Below, one piece after another: positions 45,151-46,385 of a DNA stretch of 46,385 nucleotides. Positions within the stretch are counted from its first letter, which is position 1, and every line of letters begins with the position of its first letter. The notes beneath the pieces were generated by a model. The model did no database searches and was not told where the DNA came from. It saw nothing but the letters and a program-made list of their open reading frames with translations. Position numbers and translations under genes: made by a program. Source of the DNA: a virus (lineage: Duplodnaviria > Caudoviricetes); IMG/VR virus record IMGVR_UViG_3300009678_000019, positions 1-46,385 of that record; one strand, given 5' to 3'.

Positions 45151-45342
45151 CGGGAGGGTACAAGGTAGTGCGAATCGAGAGGGTTGCGGCTAAGTGGGCG
45201 CGACCGGGATCGAACCGATGACCTCTACCGTGTCAAGAAAGATCAAACCAGCTATGTGATTGGGCTGCCGTTGTTTTGGTTGACGGTCTGCGCCATTAAT
45301 AGCCCTCATTCGGCAATCTACTGTCCAGATAACTGTCCAGAT
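45098..45342. repeat. Integrase arm-type sites TGTCCAGAT x4 flanking the att core
   Basis: Direct copies at 45098, 45109, 45322 and 45334. Confidence 0.8.
45194..45237 (-). mobile_element. attP core: 3' half of tRNA-Val(GAC)
   Basis: Minus strand reads CTTGACACGGTAGAGGTCATCGGTTCGATCCCGGTCGCGCCCAC (anticodon loop, T arm, acceptor); 5' half absent; next to int. Confidence 0.88.
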
Positions 45343-45379
45343 TGAATCCAGCTCTCGGCTCGCTATTTCAAGGCTCGGA

Positions 45380-45673
45380 GTGTGTCTGATGGCAGTCACG
45401 ATTATCAGGACTCGATATCGAGATATCTCGTTCGAAGAAGCTTCGAAGTGTGTAACGGCGGAATTCCGCGCGATAACCTCGCCGGCAGGGTGGGAACTGT
45501 ATCGCGGCAAGTCGATCGAGATTGTGACCCCTGCGCTGCCGGCTGAAGGATTCAACCGGCGGTTTCATTGCTGCGAAGGGCCGTTTTACTGCGTGATTTC
45601 GGTTGATGGCGTACGGTATGAATCGCCAACCGAATACTCAGTGCGCCCCCACATCGCGGAGATCGGCGACTGA
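45380..45673 (+). CDS. Hypothetical protein
   Basis: ORF whose stop overlaps the next start (TGATG). Confidence 0.5.
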   Translation: MCLMAVTIIRTRYRDISFEEASKCVTAEFRAITSPAGWELYRGKSIEIVTPALPAEGFNRRFHCCEGPFYCVISVDGVRYESPTEYSVRPHIAEIGD

Positions 45674-46206
45674 TGGGAACCGACGCCGTCCGCTACGCCT
45701 TCGCGTTGACCGGCCTCACGTCGACGCAGCAATGCATCGTCCAGCGCGTCGCCTGGCACTGCATGGACGATAGCGGTTTTTTCAAGTGCTCACATACCTG
45801 GCTCGCGCATCGGTGCGATCTGAGTCTCCGATCGCTCGAGCGCCACTTGCCCCAGCTCGCGAAGCTGGGGATCTTGGTCCGCGGCGATGACGGGTTCCGG
45901 CTGGCGGGATTTGTCACCGCCAAATTGGCGGTGCGATGCGACAAATTGTCCGCCAAATTGGCGGCCCCCTCACACTCCCCTATTAGGAAGGATTCCAATA
46001 GAAAAGAATTCCACCAGGGACCGGCCGACGATTGGGCGAACTACCGGGAATTCTATTTTGCGCGGTGTGAGTTGTGTGCGACGTCTCACGATTGGCCCGT
46101 CCAGGAAAGCTATTACGACACCGGGCTGCGGGCGCTCGCATGTCCGGAATTCCGGGCCCGGTTAAAAAGTTCACAAATTTCCAACCTGCAGGAGAAAACA
46201 AAATGA
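45673..46206 (+). CDS. Putative replication initiator (N-terminal winged HTH, C-terminal Cys cluster)
   Basis: S...LA..C.LS.RSL.R.L..L...G.L.R HTH, followed by internal iteron-like repeats as in lambda O-type genes. Confidence 0.65.
   Translation: MGTDAVRYAFALTGLTSTQQCIVQRVAWHCMDDSGFFKCSHTWLAHRCDLSLRSLERHLPQLAKLGILVRGDDGFRLAGFVTAKLAVRCDKLSAKLAAPSHSPIRKDSNRKEFHQGPADDWANYREFYFARCELCATSHDWPVQESYYDTGLRALACPEFRARLKSSQISNLQEKTK
45917..45964. repeat. Iteron-like palindromes, candidate replication origin
   Basis: CCGCCAAATTGGCGG at 45917 and 45950, with GACAAATTGTC between, followed by an AT-richer stretch. Confidence 0.65.
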
Positions 46207-46385
46207 AATTAGAAGTGAAACAGTCGGTCACCGGTAAGGTTCTCTTTAGCATCGAAACGGAGTCGTTCAAGCTGGCTATGGAAGCGGCCGTTAAGAGCGG
46301 CGCGAACCTCATCGGCGCGAACCTCATCGGCGCGAACCTCATCGGCGCGAACCTCATCGGCGCGAACCTCATCGGCGCGAACCTC
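46203..46385 (+). CDS. Pentapeptide-repeat protein, N-terminal part
   Basis: AGGAG RBS; MKLEVKQSVTGKVLFSIE...[15 protein letters not shown] running off the end. Confidence 0.85.
   Translation, partial: MKLEVKQSVTGKVLFSIETESFKLAMEAAVKSGANLIGANLIGANLIGANLIGANLIGANL

Noticed and set aside
45194-45237. Functional tRNA-Val gene
   Set aside because: The 5' acceptor strand and D arm are missing; interpreted as the att core.
1-46385. Diversity-generating retroelement, expected because of the BPP-1-like virion genes
   Set aside because: No reverse transcriptase ORF (no YxDD context) and no TR/VR pair seen.
1-46385. Host assignment (gene style suggests Acidobacteriota or a similar high-GC diderm)
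   Set aside because: Impression only; it needs an att-core or spacer match.

Overview
The window looks like a complete, probably circular, ~46 kb temperate phage genome. Its last 81 nt repeat its first 81 nt inside a pentapeptide-repeat gene whose reading frame continues across the junction, and an intact attP (3' half of tRNA-Val(GAC) with integrase arm repeats) lies internally. The virion module is podovirus-type and resembles BPP-1/T7: terminase, head-tail connector portal, Bbp19-like protein, scaffold, major capsid, Bbp16-like cement, tail adaptor and nozzle, and three internal/ejection proteins. The control module is lambdoid: cI/cro with two near-identical promoters, xis, tyrosine integrase, an HTH replication initiator with internal iterons, and a P-loop recombination ATPase. 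I found no DNA polymerase or reverse transcriptase. The most unusual observations are: (1) four consecutive Sec-signal-peptide proteins, each with an even number of mature Cys, inside the virion operon, including a fibre-like protein and a 1311-aa hydrolase/LamG/Ig protein; (2) a tRNA-fMet + structured RNA + C-terminal Gly-Gly protein + Cys/TM partner unit suggesting a minimal ubiquitin-like system; (3) an acr-aca-like island of acidic proteins sharing an identical 15-nt start sequence next to a serine recombinase; (4) a tail adaptor triplicated with an exact 576-bp period. All family calls come from motif recognition by eye; no database searches were run.
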